64,000 nucleotides of DNA from assembly GCA_024636295.1 (NCBI GenBank), contig JAGXHI010000028.1:21565-85564 (forward strand), read 5' to 3'. The notes beneath the pieces are model-generated. The model searched no databases, had not been told where the DNA came from, and saw only the letters and a list, made by a program, of their open reading frames with translations. Both the position numbers and the translations under genes were made by a program. Position 1 is the first letter of the stretch. Each line of letters starts with the position of its first letter. The stretch is from Desulfuromonadales bacterium (GTDB lineage: Bacteria > Desulfobacterota > Desulfuromonadia > Desulfuromonadales > JAGXHI01). Below are positions 1 through 8,729 of this stretch, in pieces.

Positions 1-1221
1 GAATCTGAGATGATATCCCCCGTGCAGCAAGGGGAGAAGATCCCGGGTCAGGGTGGTAGGGTTGCAGGAAACATATAAAATCCGCCTGGGGCGAAGTTTG
101 AGAAGATCCTTTACCTCCTGATAGGCCCCCGTTCTTGGCGGATCGAGAACAGCAAGATCGAAATTTTCCCCGCTCCCGAAACGCAATCCGGCTCCTGCGG
201 CAGGTGTGTAGTGGAAAACCGCTGAATTGATGCCGTTGGATAGTGCGTTTTTCCGGGCGTTTAAAACCGCCGGTTCAAAATTTTCGATTCCGACCACACG
301 GGCTCCTGATGCTGCAAGGGGTATCGATAAATTACCCATTCCACAGAAAAGCTCGAGAATATTCTCCGCCGAGGTCGCTTCCGCTGCGAGAACAAGATCC
401 CGTACCATTGTCCTGTTTTGATCCAGGTTCACTTGTGCGAACCCTCCCGGTCCGTAGGCCAGCCGGGGACCCCCCTGTCCAAGAGGCAGTATGTGCAGAT
501 TTTCCTCGCCGAATCCACGGACCAGTGAATTTTTTCGCTCCGATTGAATGAAAAGGGCATAGCCCGCATTTCTGACCGCACCATTCAAATGCTGGAAAAG
601 AGGATCTGGATCATCTCCGATAAAATGAACGACGGCCCGGATCTTCTTTTCATCATCCACCTCCAGGTCCACCTGCGGTATCTTGTCAGGACAGGGAGAA
701 TCGGCCAGCCAGAATCGAAATCGGGCAAGTGCTTCGTTCAGGGGCGCCGCCATGATAGGGCACTGCTCCACGTCGATGACGAAATGGGATGCTCGCCTGT
801 AAAATCCCATAACGAATCCCTGCTCCGTCTGCCTGCACTTGAACTGAACCCGGCTCCTGTAATTCCATTCACGGGGGGAATGGACCAGAGGAAGGAGAAT
901 GTCGGAAGAAACCCCGGCCTGTCTTCCCAGGAAATCACCCAGAATCCTCTCCTTCCAGGAGCACTGAAGGTGATAGGGAAGGTACTGCCATTGGCAGCCG
1001 CCGCACTGCCCGAATACAGGACAAGGCGCCTCCCTCCGGTGCGGGGATGGATCGAGAATTTCCACCACCTCCCCTTCGGCGAACCGCCTTTTGTCCCGCA
1101 CCAGGCGGCACCGCACGCGGTCGCCCGGTGCCGTGTACGGGATGAAAACGGCCTTTCCGTCTAGACGACCGACGCCGTTTCCCCCAAAAGCGAGGTTTTC
1201 AATAACCAGATCGAAGATCAT
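1..1221 (-). CDS. 23S rRNA (uracil-5)-methyltransferase, RumA/RlmD family; 3' end runs off the window
   Basis: Manual minus-strand translation starts at ATG 1221 (MIFDLVIENLAFGGNGVGRLDGKAVFIPYTAPGDRVRCRLV, TRAM-like). It contains the CPVFGQCGGCQWQ cysteine cluster. At the window edge it reads VLDPPRTGAYQEV..ILYVSCNPTTLTRD (SAM-MTase motifs). It is missing from the ORF track because no stop lies in the window. Confidence 0.85.
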   Translation of the reverse strand, partial: MIFDLVIENLAFGGNGVGRLDGKAVFIPYTAPGDRVRCRLVRDKRRFAEGEVVEILDPSPHRREAPCPVFGQCGGCQWQYLPYHLQCSWKERILGDFLGRQAGVSSDILLPLVHSPREWNYRSRVQFKCRQTEQGFVMGFYRRASHFVIDVEQCPIMAAPLNEALARFRFWLADSPCPDKIPQVDLEVDDEKKIRAVVHFIGDDPDPLFQHLNGAVRNAGYALFIQSERKNSLVRGFGEENLHILPLGQGGPRLAYGPGGFAQVNLDQNRTMVRDLVLAAEATSAENILELFCGMGNLSIPLAASGARVVGIENFEPAVLNARKNALSNGINSAVFHYTPAAGAGLRFGSGENFDLAVLDPPRTGAYQEVKDLLKLRPRRILYVSCNPTTLTRDLLPLLHGGYHLRF

Positions 1222-1604
1222 CGGGATCCGAAGACAGGAAGAATGTTCCGGCGTCGCGCCCATTCGCGGCGAATGAAGCGGCACGGAAAGTCGGACCTTG
1301 AGAGATAAGGGTTGGAGCTGCACATGAAATTTTCGATCATATCCCGCCGGGTCCGTTCGACGTCCTCGCCGCTCACTCCCATTTTTTCAATTTTGCGGGT
1401 AGAAGTTACCCCTTCTCCGAATTCTTCCCTGGCACGCCGGAGCTCTTCCCCGGGATCTTCGGCGTCTGAAAAATACTCCGGCAGAAGGGGAATCGTGCAG
1501 AGGACTTCGATGCAGATCCGGTGGTAATCTCCAAAATAACGGTTCGATTTATCATAGAACTCGATGATCAATCCGTTACTCAATTTTTCCGTTGCGATTT
1601 TCAT
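1218..1604 (-). CDS. hypothetical protein (128 aa)
   Basis: ORF track. Its stop overlaps the ATG of the downstream methyltransferase (ATGA), suggesting co-translation. No family recognised. Confidence 0.5.
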   Translation of the reverse strand: MKIATEKLSNGLIIEFYDKSNRYFGDYHRICIEVLCTIPLLPEYFSDAEDPGEELRRAREEFGEGVTSTRKIEKMGVSGEDVERTRRDMIENFMCSSNPYLSRSDFPCRFIRREWARRRNILPVFGSR

Positions 1605-2355
1605 GAGGCGTTTTCGATTCCGTATTTTTAGTCAGTTCATCCTTCAGCCATTCGATTCGGCTCCACAGTCCCCGAAGAATGCGAACCTCCCTGTCGTTAA
1701 GACCCGCCCTTCCGAAAACCCTTCGATAGGACCGGAGAATATGATCCGGATTCTGAGGGTCCAGATATTCGATTTCCAACAGCGTTGTCCTCATGTGCCG
1801 ATACATGCTTTCAAGGGTTTTCCCGGAAGCGAGCTTCCTCTCTCCTCCGCCCTTCCCTTCCATTTTAGCCCCTGTCCGGGAAACTTCATACAGGCACAGA
1901 GCGACGGCCTGGGCCATGTTCATCGAAGGAAGATCATCCGATGTCGGGATGGTGATCAGGCGCTGGCAAAGATCAAGTTCGGACGTCAGCAGACCTCGAT
2001 CCTCCCGGCCGAAGACCAGGGCCGTCTTCCCTTTTTCATTTATTGACAGCAGATATTCAGCAGCTTCGTCCGGGTGGAGAAAATCCTCCCTGTACTTACC
2101 GAATCGACGGGTGCTCCCCAGCGCCAGGCTGCAATCCGCAAGACATTCTTCCAGGGAAGAAAAAATTTCGGCAGTTTCCAGCAGATCCGCAGCTTTGACG
2201 GCCATGCGGCGAGCTTCGTCTCCCAGATAATCCGCCTGAGGCCGAACCATCCGGAGGCGGGAGAAGCCAAAATTCTTCATAGCCCGGCAGACAGATCCAA
2301 TGTTCAGAGCACCTTGCGGCTCTACAAGTACAACTGGAATGTTTGGAAAATTCAT
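1576..2355 (-). CDS. trmJ: SpoU/TrmH-class tRNA 2'-O-methyltransferase (TrmJ-like)
   Basis: 259 aa. VVLVEPQGALNIGSVCRAMKNFG, ALVFGREDRGL and SMNMAQAVALCLYE align by eye with E. coli TrmJ motifs. Confidence 0.8.
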   Translation of the reverse strand: MNFPNIPVVLVEPQGALNIGSVCRAMKNFGFSRLRMVRPQADYLGDEARRMAVKAADLLETAEIFSSLEECLADCSLALGSTRRFGKYREDFLHPDEAAEYLLSINEKGKTALVFGREDRGLLTSELDLCQRLITIPTSDDLPSMNMAQAVALCLYEVSRTGAKMEGKGGGERKLASGKTLESMYRHMRTTLLEIEYLDPQNPDHILRSYRRVFGRAGLNDREVRILRGLWSRIEWLKDELTKNTESKTPHENRNGKIE

Positions 2356-2394
2356 GATCTGCAGAGAGACAATTCCGGGTAAGAGAAAAAGAGG

Positions 2395-3162
2395 TTATCC
2401 CAGATCGCCGACAGCGTACTGGAGAATGGCCGAGGCGGCGATGGCCGCAGTTTCAGTCCTGAGAATCCGGGGACCGAGGGATACCGGAAGAAATCCCATA
2501 TTCCGGGCATCCTCAACTTCAGAGCTGTGAAATCCACCCTCGGGTCCGACAAGAAGAGCGGAGCGCGCGGGGTGTTCACCGGAGAGGGCCTCCTTCAGGG
2601 TCCAGGTCGCTTCTTTCTCCAGGAGCATGAGTCTCAGATCGGCGGAGGATGCGAGATAGGATGCAGAGTCCCAGTCCATCACCGGAAAAAGTTCAGGCAG
2701 CATGGCGCGCCTGCATTGACGGGCGGCCCGGAGGATGACCTCCGGCCAGCGATGGGATTTCTTCTGAACCGCGTCCCTCTCCTCGAGCGTGGTGGAGCGA
2801 CGTGAAATAAATGGAACTATCCGCATCACGCCCAGTTCGGTGAGCTTCTGCAGAATCAGCTCGAAACGTTCTTTTTCCGGGAGCGCCTGATAAATTTCGA
2901 TGCGGGCTCGGCTTTCAGAGGGAACCGGAAGTCTTTCGAAAGCAATCGCCCGGCCACCGTTCGCTTCAAGAGCCGTCAGGCGAATCCGGTAAAAGCTGCC
3001 GATGGGGTCGACCGCTGTGAAAATCTCCCCATGCCTCGCCCGCCAGCGGGTGAGAGCGCGCAACGCATTCGCCGAAAGAGGGATTTCCTCTTCCAGGGAG
3101 GGAGTCGAATCCAGCTGGATGAGGCTTGCAGGCCCACCCTCATTCACGCATGTGGGGCTCAA
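2395..3162 (-). CDS. rsmE: 16S rRNA (uracil1498-N3)-methyltransferase RsmE
   Basis: 255 aa. The C-terminal LLVGPEGGFHSSEVE...SLGPRILRTETAAIAA is the RsmE signature. Confidence 0.85.
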   Translation of the reverse strand: MSPTCVNEGGPASLIQLDSTPSLEEEIPLSANALRALTRWRARHGEIFTAVDPIGSFYRIRLTALEANGGRAIAFERLPVPSESRARIEIYQALPEKERFELILQKLTELGVMRIVPFISRRSTTLEERDAVQKKSHRWPEVILRAARQCRRAMLPELFPVMDWDSASYLASSADLRLMLLEKEATWTLKEALSGEHPARSALLVGPEGGFHSSEVEDARNMGFLPVSLGPRILRTETAAIAASAILQYAVGDLG

Positions 3163-3559
3163 AACCTTCCTCCCTGTACCGAAGAAACCGACGCCTGGCC
3201 TCGGCTGCTCGTTGCGGCTCGTGCACTTCGGCGAAATCCACTACCTCTTCGAACTGCCGGATAAAAGCCAGGGAGCAAGGCTTCCCCATGACCAGAACAT
3301 TGGCGCCATTCGGGTTTTTTTCTTCGGTAACGATCGTAACCGCCTCACTCGAACAGTCAACCGCGCCATTATGGTAGGCATGGGGCAGAAAGGATCCTTT
3401 CCGCCAGGTCCACATGAAACGGTCGAGGGTCACTGCCTGGTTTTCATCCATGACGGTAATGAGTACTTTTTGTCCCTCTCCAAAGAACTCGTCGGCCAGT
3501 TCACAAAGGTGCCGGGCTTTTTCGGGTTTTTTTATCTTTATGAAGGAAACCCGCGTCAC
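3140..3559 (-). CDS. holC: DNA polymerase III chi subunit
   Basis: 139 aa. GQKVLITVMDENQAVTLDRFMWTW..FLPH and FEEVVDFAEV...RRRFLRYREEGF align with E. coli HolC. Confidence 0.75.
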   Translation of the reverse strand: MTRVSFIKIKKPEKARHLCELADEFFGEGQKVLITVMDENQAVTLDRFMWTWRKGSFLPHAYHNGAVDCSSEAVTIVTEEKNPNGANVLVMGKPCSLAFIRQFEEVVDFAEVHEPQRAAEARRRFLRYREEGFEPHMRE

Positions 3560-4122
3560 CGCTGCGCCCTGGATTTCTCGGTTCCTGTCATTGCATAAGC
3601 GGCCCCACGATCGATCGCTTCCTTGTTAAGAGGAATAAAACCATGATTCCGCTCCGGAAGGACCTCTTTCAGCGCCTCTTTGAGGCTCTCCAGGGACACC
3701 GCTCCGGTATGGGCGACATAGGCTCCCAGAGAAACCATGTTAACCAGTCGGGCATCCCCCGTCTCCAAGGCAAGCTGGTTGGCGGGAAGACGCAGGATTT
3801 CGATATCCTCCCGATTCTCCTCGCCATCGATCAGAGAAGAATTAATCAGACAAAAACCGCCTTTACGGATCCGATGAAAGTATTTATCCATCGAGAGCTG
3901 GTTGAAAAGAAGGCCTGCGCCGGGGCTTCCGATCACCGGGGAACCGACTTCTTCGTCGGAAATGACTACCGTGCAGGTAGCAGCCCCGCCTCGCTTCTCC
4001 ACCCCGTAGGCAGGAAAATAGGAAACGTTTTTCTCTTCGATAATGGCGGCCATGGACAGAAGATTTCCCGCAACCAGAACGCCCTGCCCACCGTATCCCG
4101 CCATGAAAGCTTCGTAATTCAT
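3556..4122 (-). CDS. 2-oxoacid:ferredoxin oxidoreductase, gamma subunit
   Basis: 188 aa. Gamma-subunit-like N-terminus ([15 protein letters not shown]). Linked by a 4-bp overlap to the beta subunit. Substrate specificity cannot be determined from the sequence. Confidence 0.85.
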   Translation of the reverse strand: MNYEAFMAGYGGQGVLVAGNLLSMAAIIEEKNVSYFPAYGVEKRGGAATCTVVISDEEVGSPVIGSPGAGLLFNQLSMDKYFHRIRKGGFCLINSSLIDGEENREDIEILRLPANQLALETGDARLVNMVSLGAYVAHTGAVSLESLKEALKEVLPERNHGFIPLNKEAIDRGAAYAMTGTEKSRAQR

Positions 4123-4928
4123 GATTTTTTCCCCAAGTGAGACAGCTTTGATTCACCCTGTGGCTTTTTGCCGGCTTTAGCGGTGTGGTCCCTGAAAACG
4201 CCCAGAGGGAAATAAGGTATCATCTCCCTTCCGACACGTTCATTGGCCTTGAGGGAATTCATCCCCCAGTTGGTCGGACATGCGGAAAGAACCTCCACGA
4301 ATGCGAAGCCTGCTCCTTCCACCTGGCATTGAAAAGCTTTCCGGATCGTTTTTCCAGCCTCCAGAACATGCCTGGGGGAATCAACCGCCACGCGCGCCGA
4401 GAAGGTCACTCCTTCAAGAATCGAAAGCAACTCGGCCATACGGATGGGATACCCTTCACTCCCGACATTCCGACCGTACGGAGAGGTGGTGGTGACCTGT
4501 TCCGGAAGTGTAGTGGGCGCCATCTGCCCTCCCGTCATCCCGTAGGTGGTATTGTTGACGAAAATGACGGTTATTCCCTCCCCACGGTTTGCAGCATGTA
4601 TGATTTCGCTGGTCCCGATGGCGGCCAGATCGCCATCACCCTGATAGGTGAAAACCATCCGGTCCTTCAGCACGCGTTTGACCCCGGTAGCCACGGCGGG
4701 CGCCCTGCCGTGTGGGGCCTCGACCACGTCTACATCGAAGTAGCCGTAAAGAAAGACGCTGCAGCCCACCGAAGCCACCCCGATCGTTCGCTCCTGGATA
4801 TCGAAGTGATCGATCGCTTCGGCCACCAGACGATGTATCGTGCCGTGATGGCAGCCGGGACAGAAATGGGTCTGTACATCCTTCAGAGAAACGGGGCGCT
4901 GAAACGCCGGTTTCAGAACAGTGGTCAT
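4119..4928 (-). CDS. 2-oxoacid:ferredoxin oxidoreductase, beta (TPP-binding) subunit
   Basis: 269 aa. [12 protein letters not shown] and GDGDLAAIG...[16 protein letters not shown]-binding motifs. Confidence 0.9.
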   Translation of the reverse strand: MTTVLKPAFQRPVSLKDVQTHFCPGCHHGTIHRLVAEAIDHFDIQERTIGVASVGCSVFLYGYFDVDVVEAPHGRAPAVATGVKRVLKDRMVFTYQGDGDLAAIGTSEIIHAANRGEGITVIFVNNTTYGMTGGQMAPTTLPEQVTTTSPYGRNVGSEGYPIRMAELLSILEGVTFSARVAVDSPRHVLEAGKTIRKAFQCQVEGAGFAFVEVLSACPTNWGMNSLKANERVGREMIPYFPLGVFRDHTAKAGKKPQGESKLSHLGKKS

Positions 4929-5995
4929 GATATGGCCTCATAATATTTTTTTATCTGTTCAAAAATTTCTTCCGGCGTAGGCTGGGATCCCGCGCCCGGC
5001 GGACGGCCATACAGGAAGACCTCGGCGTCCCGATGGACGGAAAGGCGCACGTCCTCGACCATCTGTCCGGCGTTGAGCTCCACGCACAGTACCCGGCCGC
5101 AAGTCTCGGTGGCTTTCCTGAAGGCCTGCTCCGGAAAAGGGTAAAGAGTAATCGGCCGCAGAAGACCCACTTGCATTCCGACCTCACGTGCCATTCGAAC
5201 GGCCGTTTTGGAGATTCGGGCCGCGGAGCCGAAGGCCGTGACGATCAGTCGGGCATCCTCCAACTCCACCCCCTCATAGCGAACTTCCTTCTCCTTGAGG
5301 ATTCGATATCGTTCATGAAGCTTCAGGTTGTGCGCCTCAAGTTCTCCGTCTCCAAGATAGAGGGATTTGATGATGCTCTGTTCCTTCCGTCCTCCTTTTC
5401 CGGATACCGCCCAATTTTTGGATGGCAAGCCCGGATTGCGATAAGAATGAGGGACAAGAGCCTCCTTCATCTGTCCGACAACCGAATCACCTAGAATCAT
5501 GGCGGGAATTCGATAGAGATCGGACAGATCAAAAGCAAGCATGGTCAAATCGTACATTTCCTGTACGGAATGAGGTGCCAGGACGATGATATGATAGCCG
5601 CCGTGACCTCCGCCTTTGACCGCCTGAAAGTAATCAGCCTGTGAAGCGTCGATTCCGCCCAGCCCCGGACCCGAGCGGCAGATATTAACGATCAGCCCGG
5701 GGAGTTCGCTCCCGGCCATATAGGAAATCCCCTCCTGCTTCAGAGAAATGCCGGGGCTGGAGGAGGAAGTCATCGCCCGGACTCCGCAGGCGCTCGCCCC
5801 CAGCAACATATTGATAGAGGCGATTTCGCTTTCTGCCTGGATGAATTCCCCGCCGATGCGGGGCAGTTCGCGTGACATGTATTCCGGAATTTCGCTCTGC
5901 GGGGTAATGGGGTACCCGAAATAATACCGACATCCGGCCTCTATTGCGCCCATCGCAAGCGCATCGTTTCCTTTGACGAAAAGTCGCTTATTCAC
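4925..5995 (-). CDS. 2-oxoacid:ferredoxin oxidoreductase, alpha subunit
   Basis: 356 aa. Alpha-subunit-like ([28 protein letters not shown]). Overlaps both the beta and delta genes. Confidence 0.9.
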   Translation of the reverse strand: MNKRLFVKGNDALAMGAIEAGCRYYFGYPITPQSEIPEYMSRELPRIGGEFIQAESEIASINMLLGASACGVRAMTSSSSPGISLKQEGISYMAGSELPGLIVNICRSGPGLGGIDASQADYFQAVKGGGHGGYHIIVLAPHSVQEMYDLTMLAFDLSDLYRIPAMILGDSVVGQMKEALVPHSYRNPGLPSKNWAVSGKGGRKEQSIIKSLYLGDGELEAHNLKLHERYRILKEKEVRYEGVELEDARLIVTAFGSAARISKTAVRMAREVGMQVGLLRPITLYPFPEQAFRKATETCGRVLCVELNAGQMVEDVRLSVHRDAEVFLYGRPPGAGSQPTPEEIFEQIKKYYEAIS

Positions 5996-6236
5996 CGGCG
6001 GCCTCCAGTTTCGTCTGTTCCTCGACTTCGCGCCAAACGGCTATGGCGACATCCGGACATATCCGGGCACATAGAGTGCAGGAGGTGCATTCTTTCATTT
6101 TTCCTTCGGCCATCGCTGCAGGAAAATATCCCTGCCTGTTCATTTCTTCGCTCATCTGAAGCAGTTCCCGGGGGCAGGCGATGGTGCACAAGGCGCATCC
6201 TTTGCATCTGAGCTCATCAATAACTATCTTCGGCAC
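5988..6236 (-). CDS. 2-oxoacid:ferredoxin oxidoreductase, delta (2x[4Fe-4S] ferredoxin) subunit
   Basis: 82 aa with two CxxCxxCxxxCP motifs (CKGCALCTIACP, CTSCTLCARICP). Confidence 0.85.
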   Translation of the reverse strand: MPKIVIDELRCKGCALCTIACPRELLQMSEEMNRQGYFPAAMAEGKMKECTSCTLCARICPDVAIAVWREVEEQTKLEAAGE

Positions 6237-6289
6237 TTCCTCTATCCTTTCAAAACATCTTGAATGTGTTCGGGCGGCACAAAACGGTG

Positions 6290-7501
6290 TCAGTCAACCC
6301 CCCGGATAAGCTTTTCCATTAACCTGAATCCGGGCTGGATCCGCACTCCGGTGGCGGCCGCCTCCGGTTCATTGTATCCGGAAACTTTCCCAACCGGCGT
6401 AAATTCACCGGAAGATCCGTAAAGGATGAAGGGGACGGGATCCAGAGTATGGGTCATTTTCTCTACCGGGGTGGGATGATCCGGAAGAACGGCGATGCGG
6501 TAGTCGCCGAGATCGGCAATCCCGTCCAGCACCGTTCTGACAACTTCCCTGTCAAAGGATTCGATCGCCTGGATTTTCTTCTCCAGGCTTCCTTCGTGGG
6601 CCGCCTCATCCGGCGCTTCGACGTGAACATAGACAAAATCCCGGCGCCTTAGAGCATCCAGGGCGTATTCAGCCTTTCCCCGGTAATTGGTGTCGATGTA
6701 CCCGGTCGCCCCGGGGACCTCGATGACGTCCAGACCGGCGTAAATTCCGATTCCCTTGATCAGATCTACCGCGGAAATCACCGCTCCCGAGATTCCGAAC
6801 TTCTGCTTCATGGTCTCCATCCGGGGCGTCCGCCCCTGCCCCCAGAGCCAGATGGAGTTGGCGGGAGCCAGTCCTTGATCCAGCCGGCGTTTATTCACCG
6901 GATGCCTGTGAAGAAGCATCTGGGCGGAGGTGGTCAGCCTCATCAGGTCTTCCGCCCCGTCTCCCTGCGGCAGGTGCCCCTCGATACTTTGTCCCGTCAG
7001 GTCATGAGGGGGTGCGAAACAAAATTGGTCCTTTCCGTTCCTCCAGACCATAAGGTGTCGGTAAGAGACTCCGGGGTGGAATTCAAAGTTTTCGTCTCCC
7101 AGTTCCTCTTGTAGATGTACAAGTAGTTCGCGAGCTTCGGGAGTGGAAATATGGCCAGCCGAAAAATCCGCCATGTACAGCTTTCCCTGGTGCGCCGCGA
7201 GATAAACGAGATTCAACCGGAAGGCGACATCGTTCGGTCCCAGGCTTACACCCATGCTGGCCGCCTCCAGGGGTGAGCGTCCGCTGTAGCATTCATTCGG
7301 ATCATATCCGAACACCGAAAGATTGGCCACATCGCTTCCCGGATGAAAATTCGAGGGCACCGTCTCAGCCATCCCTACCAGTCCCTTACGGGCCAGTTCA
7401 TCCATGTGCGGTGTTCTGGCCGCCTCCAGCGGGGTTTTGCCGTCCAGTTCGCTAAGAGGCTCGTCGGCCATTCCGTCACCAAGCAGAACAATATATTTCA
7501 T
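6290..7501 (-). CDS. apgM: cofactor-independent phosphoglycerate mutase, archaeal ApgM type (family also proposed as alternative homoserine kinase)
   Basis: 403 aa. MKYIVLLGDGMADEP N-terminus and a metalloenzyme-superfamily C-terminus (VHVEAPDEAAHEG, PDHPTP). Confidence 0.8.
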   Translation of the reverse strand: MKYIVLLGDGMADEPLSELDGKTPLEAARTPHMDELARKGLVGMAETVPSNFHPGSDVANLSVFGYDPNECYSGRSPLEAASMGVSLGPNDVAFRLNLVYLAAHQGKLYMADFSAGHISTPEARELLVHLQEELGDENFEFHPGVSYRHLMVWRNGKDQFCFAPPHDLTGQSIEGHLPQGDGAEDLMRLTTSAQMLLHRHPVNKRRLDQGLAPANSIWLWGQGRTPRMETMKQKFGISGAVISAVDLIKGIGIYAGLDVIEVPGATGYIDTNYRGKAEYALDALRRRDFVYVHVEAPDEAAHEGSLEKKIQAIESFDREVVRTVLDGIADLGDYRIAVLPDHPTPVEKMTHTLDPVPFILYGSSGEFTPVGKVSGYNEPEAAATGVRIQPGFRLMEKLIRGVD

Positions 7502-7521
7502 TACTCCTCACATTTGGACGC

Positions 7522-7715
7522 GGTACTAATTAGTTTTCGTCCGGAAACGGCCCTTTTCCGCAATCTCCGCGTCAACCCGCGGATTTGATTGTGCGGCGTA
7601 AAGTACTACGCCTCCGCTCAAATCCTTGATTTCCTTGATCTTGCGAAAAATTACTCGTTTCCAGATCGAAAACCGCATTTGTGCTTCCCGGGGTTTCCGG
7701 ACGGGTACTAATTAT
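7522..7715 (+). ncRNA. structured intergenic element, copy 1 (candidate 6S-like RNA; alternative MITE)
   Basis: The core 7538-7703 aligns with 15935-16100 with 13 substitutions and no indels. Closing helix 7538-7548/7693-7703, extended by 7527-7534/7707-7714. Central hairpin ggatttga(7581-7588)/tcaaatcc(7618-7625). Inner helix 7553-7563/7641-7650. The strand call rests on G:U versus A:C positions. Confidence 0.45.
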
Positions 7716-7791
7716 AATTTCGGCGGAAATGGTCTCATTTCCAATCAAAGAAAACTGCTCGGCATCCACCGAATTTAATGGCTTCATATTT

Positions 7792-8679
7792 TTATCCCCG
7801 TGGATGAAACTGCTCGTGAACCTTTCTGAGCCTTTCACGGGTGACATGAGTGTAAATCTGGGTCGTGGAGATATCCGCATGTCCGAGCATGGTCTGCACC
7901 GACCGCAGGTCGGCCCCATTTTCGAGCAGATGGGTCGCGAAGGAGTGCCTTAAAGTGTGAGGCATGATGTTTTTACTGATTCCCGCCTCCCGCGCGCGGC
8001 GCTTAATAATCTTCCAGAAGCCTTGGCGTGTCAACCCCTGTCCGGATCGATTCAGAAAGAGAAATGTGGCGGAGGGCTCCTTCCCCAGAGAGGGCCGGCC
8101 AAACTGCAGATATCGCCGCAGTTCATCCAGGGCGGCTTCGCCCAGGGGAACCAGACGCTGCTTGCTTCTCTTGCCCATGGCTGTCAGACATCCTATATCT
8201 GGCTGGATATCGTTTAGTTTCAAGCCGATCAACTCCGACACCCGAAGTCCTGTGGCGTAGAGAATTTCCAGCATGGACCTGTCACGAAGAGCGAGGGGCC
8301 CGTCTCCTTGTGGAGCGACCAGAAGCCGGTCGACTTCATCAGGATCAAGGGTGCGCGGGAGGGACTTCAGGGTCCTGGGCGCCTCCACCCTGCCTGCAGG
8401 ATTGGCGGAGACAATTCTTTCCGCCAACAGAAACTTATGAAAACCACGAAGTGATACCAGGGCGCGCGCCCGGCTGCGAGGGGAAAGTCCGCCCCTTTTC
8501 AGGTGCGCCAGGAATTGGAGTACCAGAGGAGGCGTTATCCCTTCAGGATGTGAGATCTTCTCCCCTGCAAGGAACTCAATATACCGGATCAGATCCCTTC
8601 CATAAGCATCAAGTGTGTTTCGGGAGAGGCCTTTTTCCACAGCAAGAAAGTTAAGAAAAAGATCTAAGTATTCGTCCAT
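7792..8679 (-). CDS. xerD: tyrosine site-specific recombinase XerD/XerC
   Basis: 295 aa. N-terminal SAM-like domain (FLNFLAVEKGLSRNTLDAYGRDL). C-terminal HTLRHSFATHLLENGADLRSVQTMLGHADISTTQIYTHV. Confidence 0.85.
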   Translation of the reverse strand: MDEYLDLFLNFLAVEKGLSRNTLDAYGRDLIRYIEFLAGEKISHPEGITPPLVLQFLAHLKRGGLSPRSRARALVSLRGFHKFLLAERIVSANPAGRVEAPRTLKSLPRTLDPDEVDRLLVAPQGDGPLALRDRSMLEILYATGLRVSELIGLKLNDIQPDIGCLTAMGKRSKQRLVPLGEAALDELRRYLQFGRPSLGKEPSATFLFLNRSGQGLTRQGFWKIIKRRAREAGISKNIMPHTLRHSFATHLLENGADLRSVQTMLGHADISTTQIYTHVTRERLRKVHEQFHPRG

Positions 8680-8729
8680 AGGTACCTTTGTTATCAGGGA
8701 GAAAATCCATTTAGAAGATCTGAACTCCC

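Noticed and set aside
544-1164. 206-aa plus-strand ORF at the left edge
   Set aside because: Antisense to the RumA-family methyltransferase, which reads through the whole region on the minus strand.
7522-7714. 11-bp direct repeat GGTACTAATTA flanking element copy 1, as a possible target-site duplication
   Set aside because: This is not adopted as the main reading. The repeat core CTAATTAG is itself palindromic, so it also extends the closing helix. The right-hand repeat still shows partial homology to copy 2. Copy 2 has no comparable flanking duplication. The MITE alternative is kept open in the findings.
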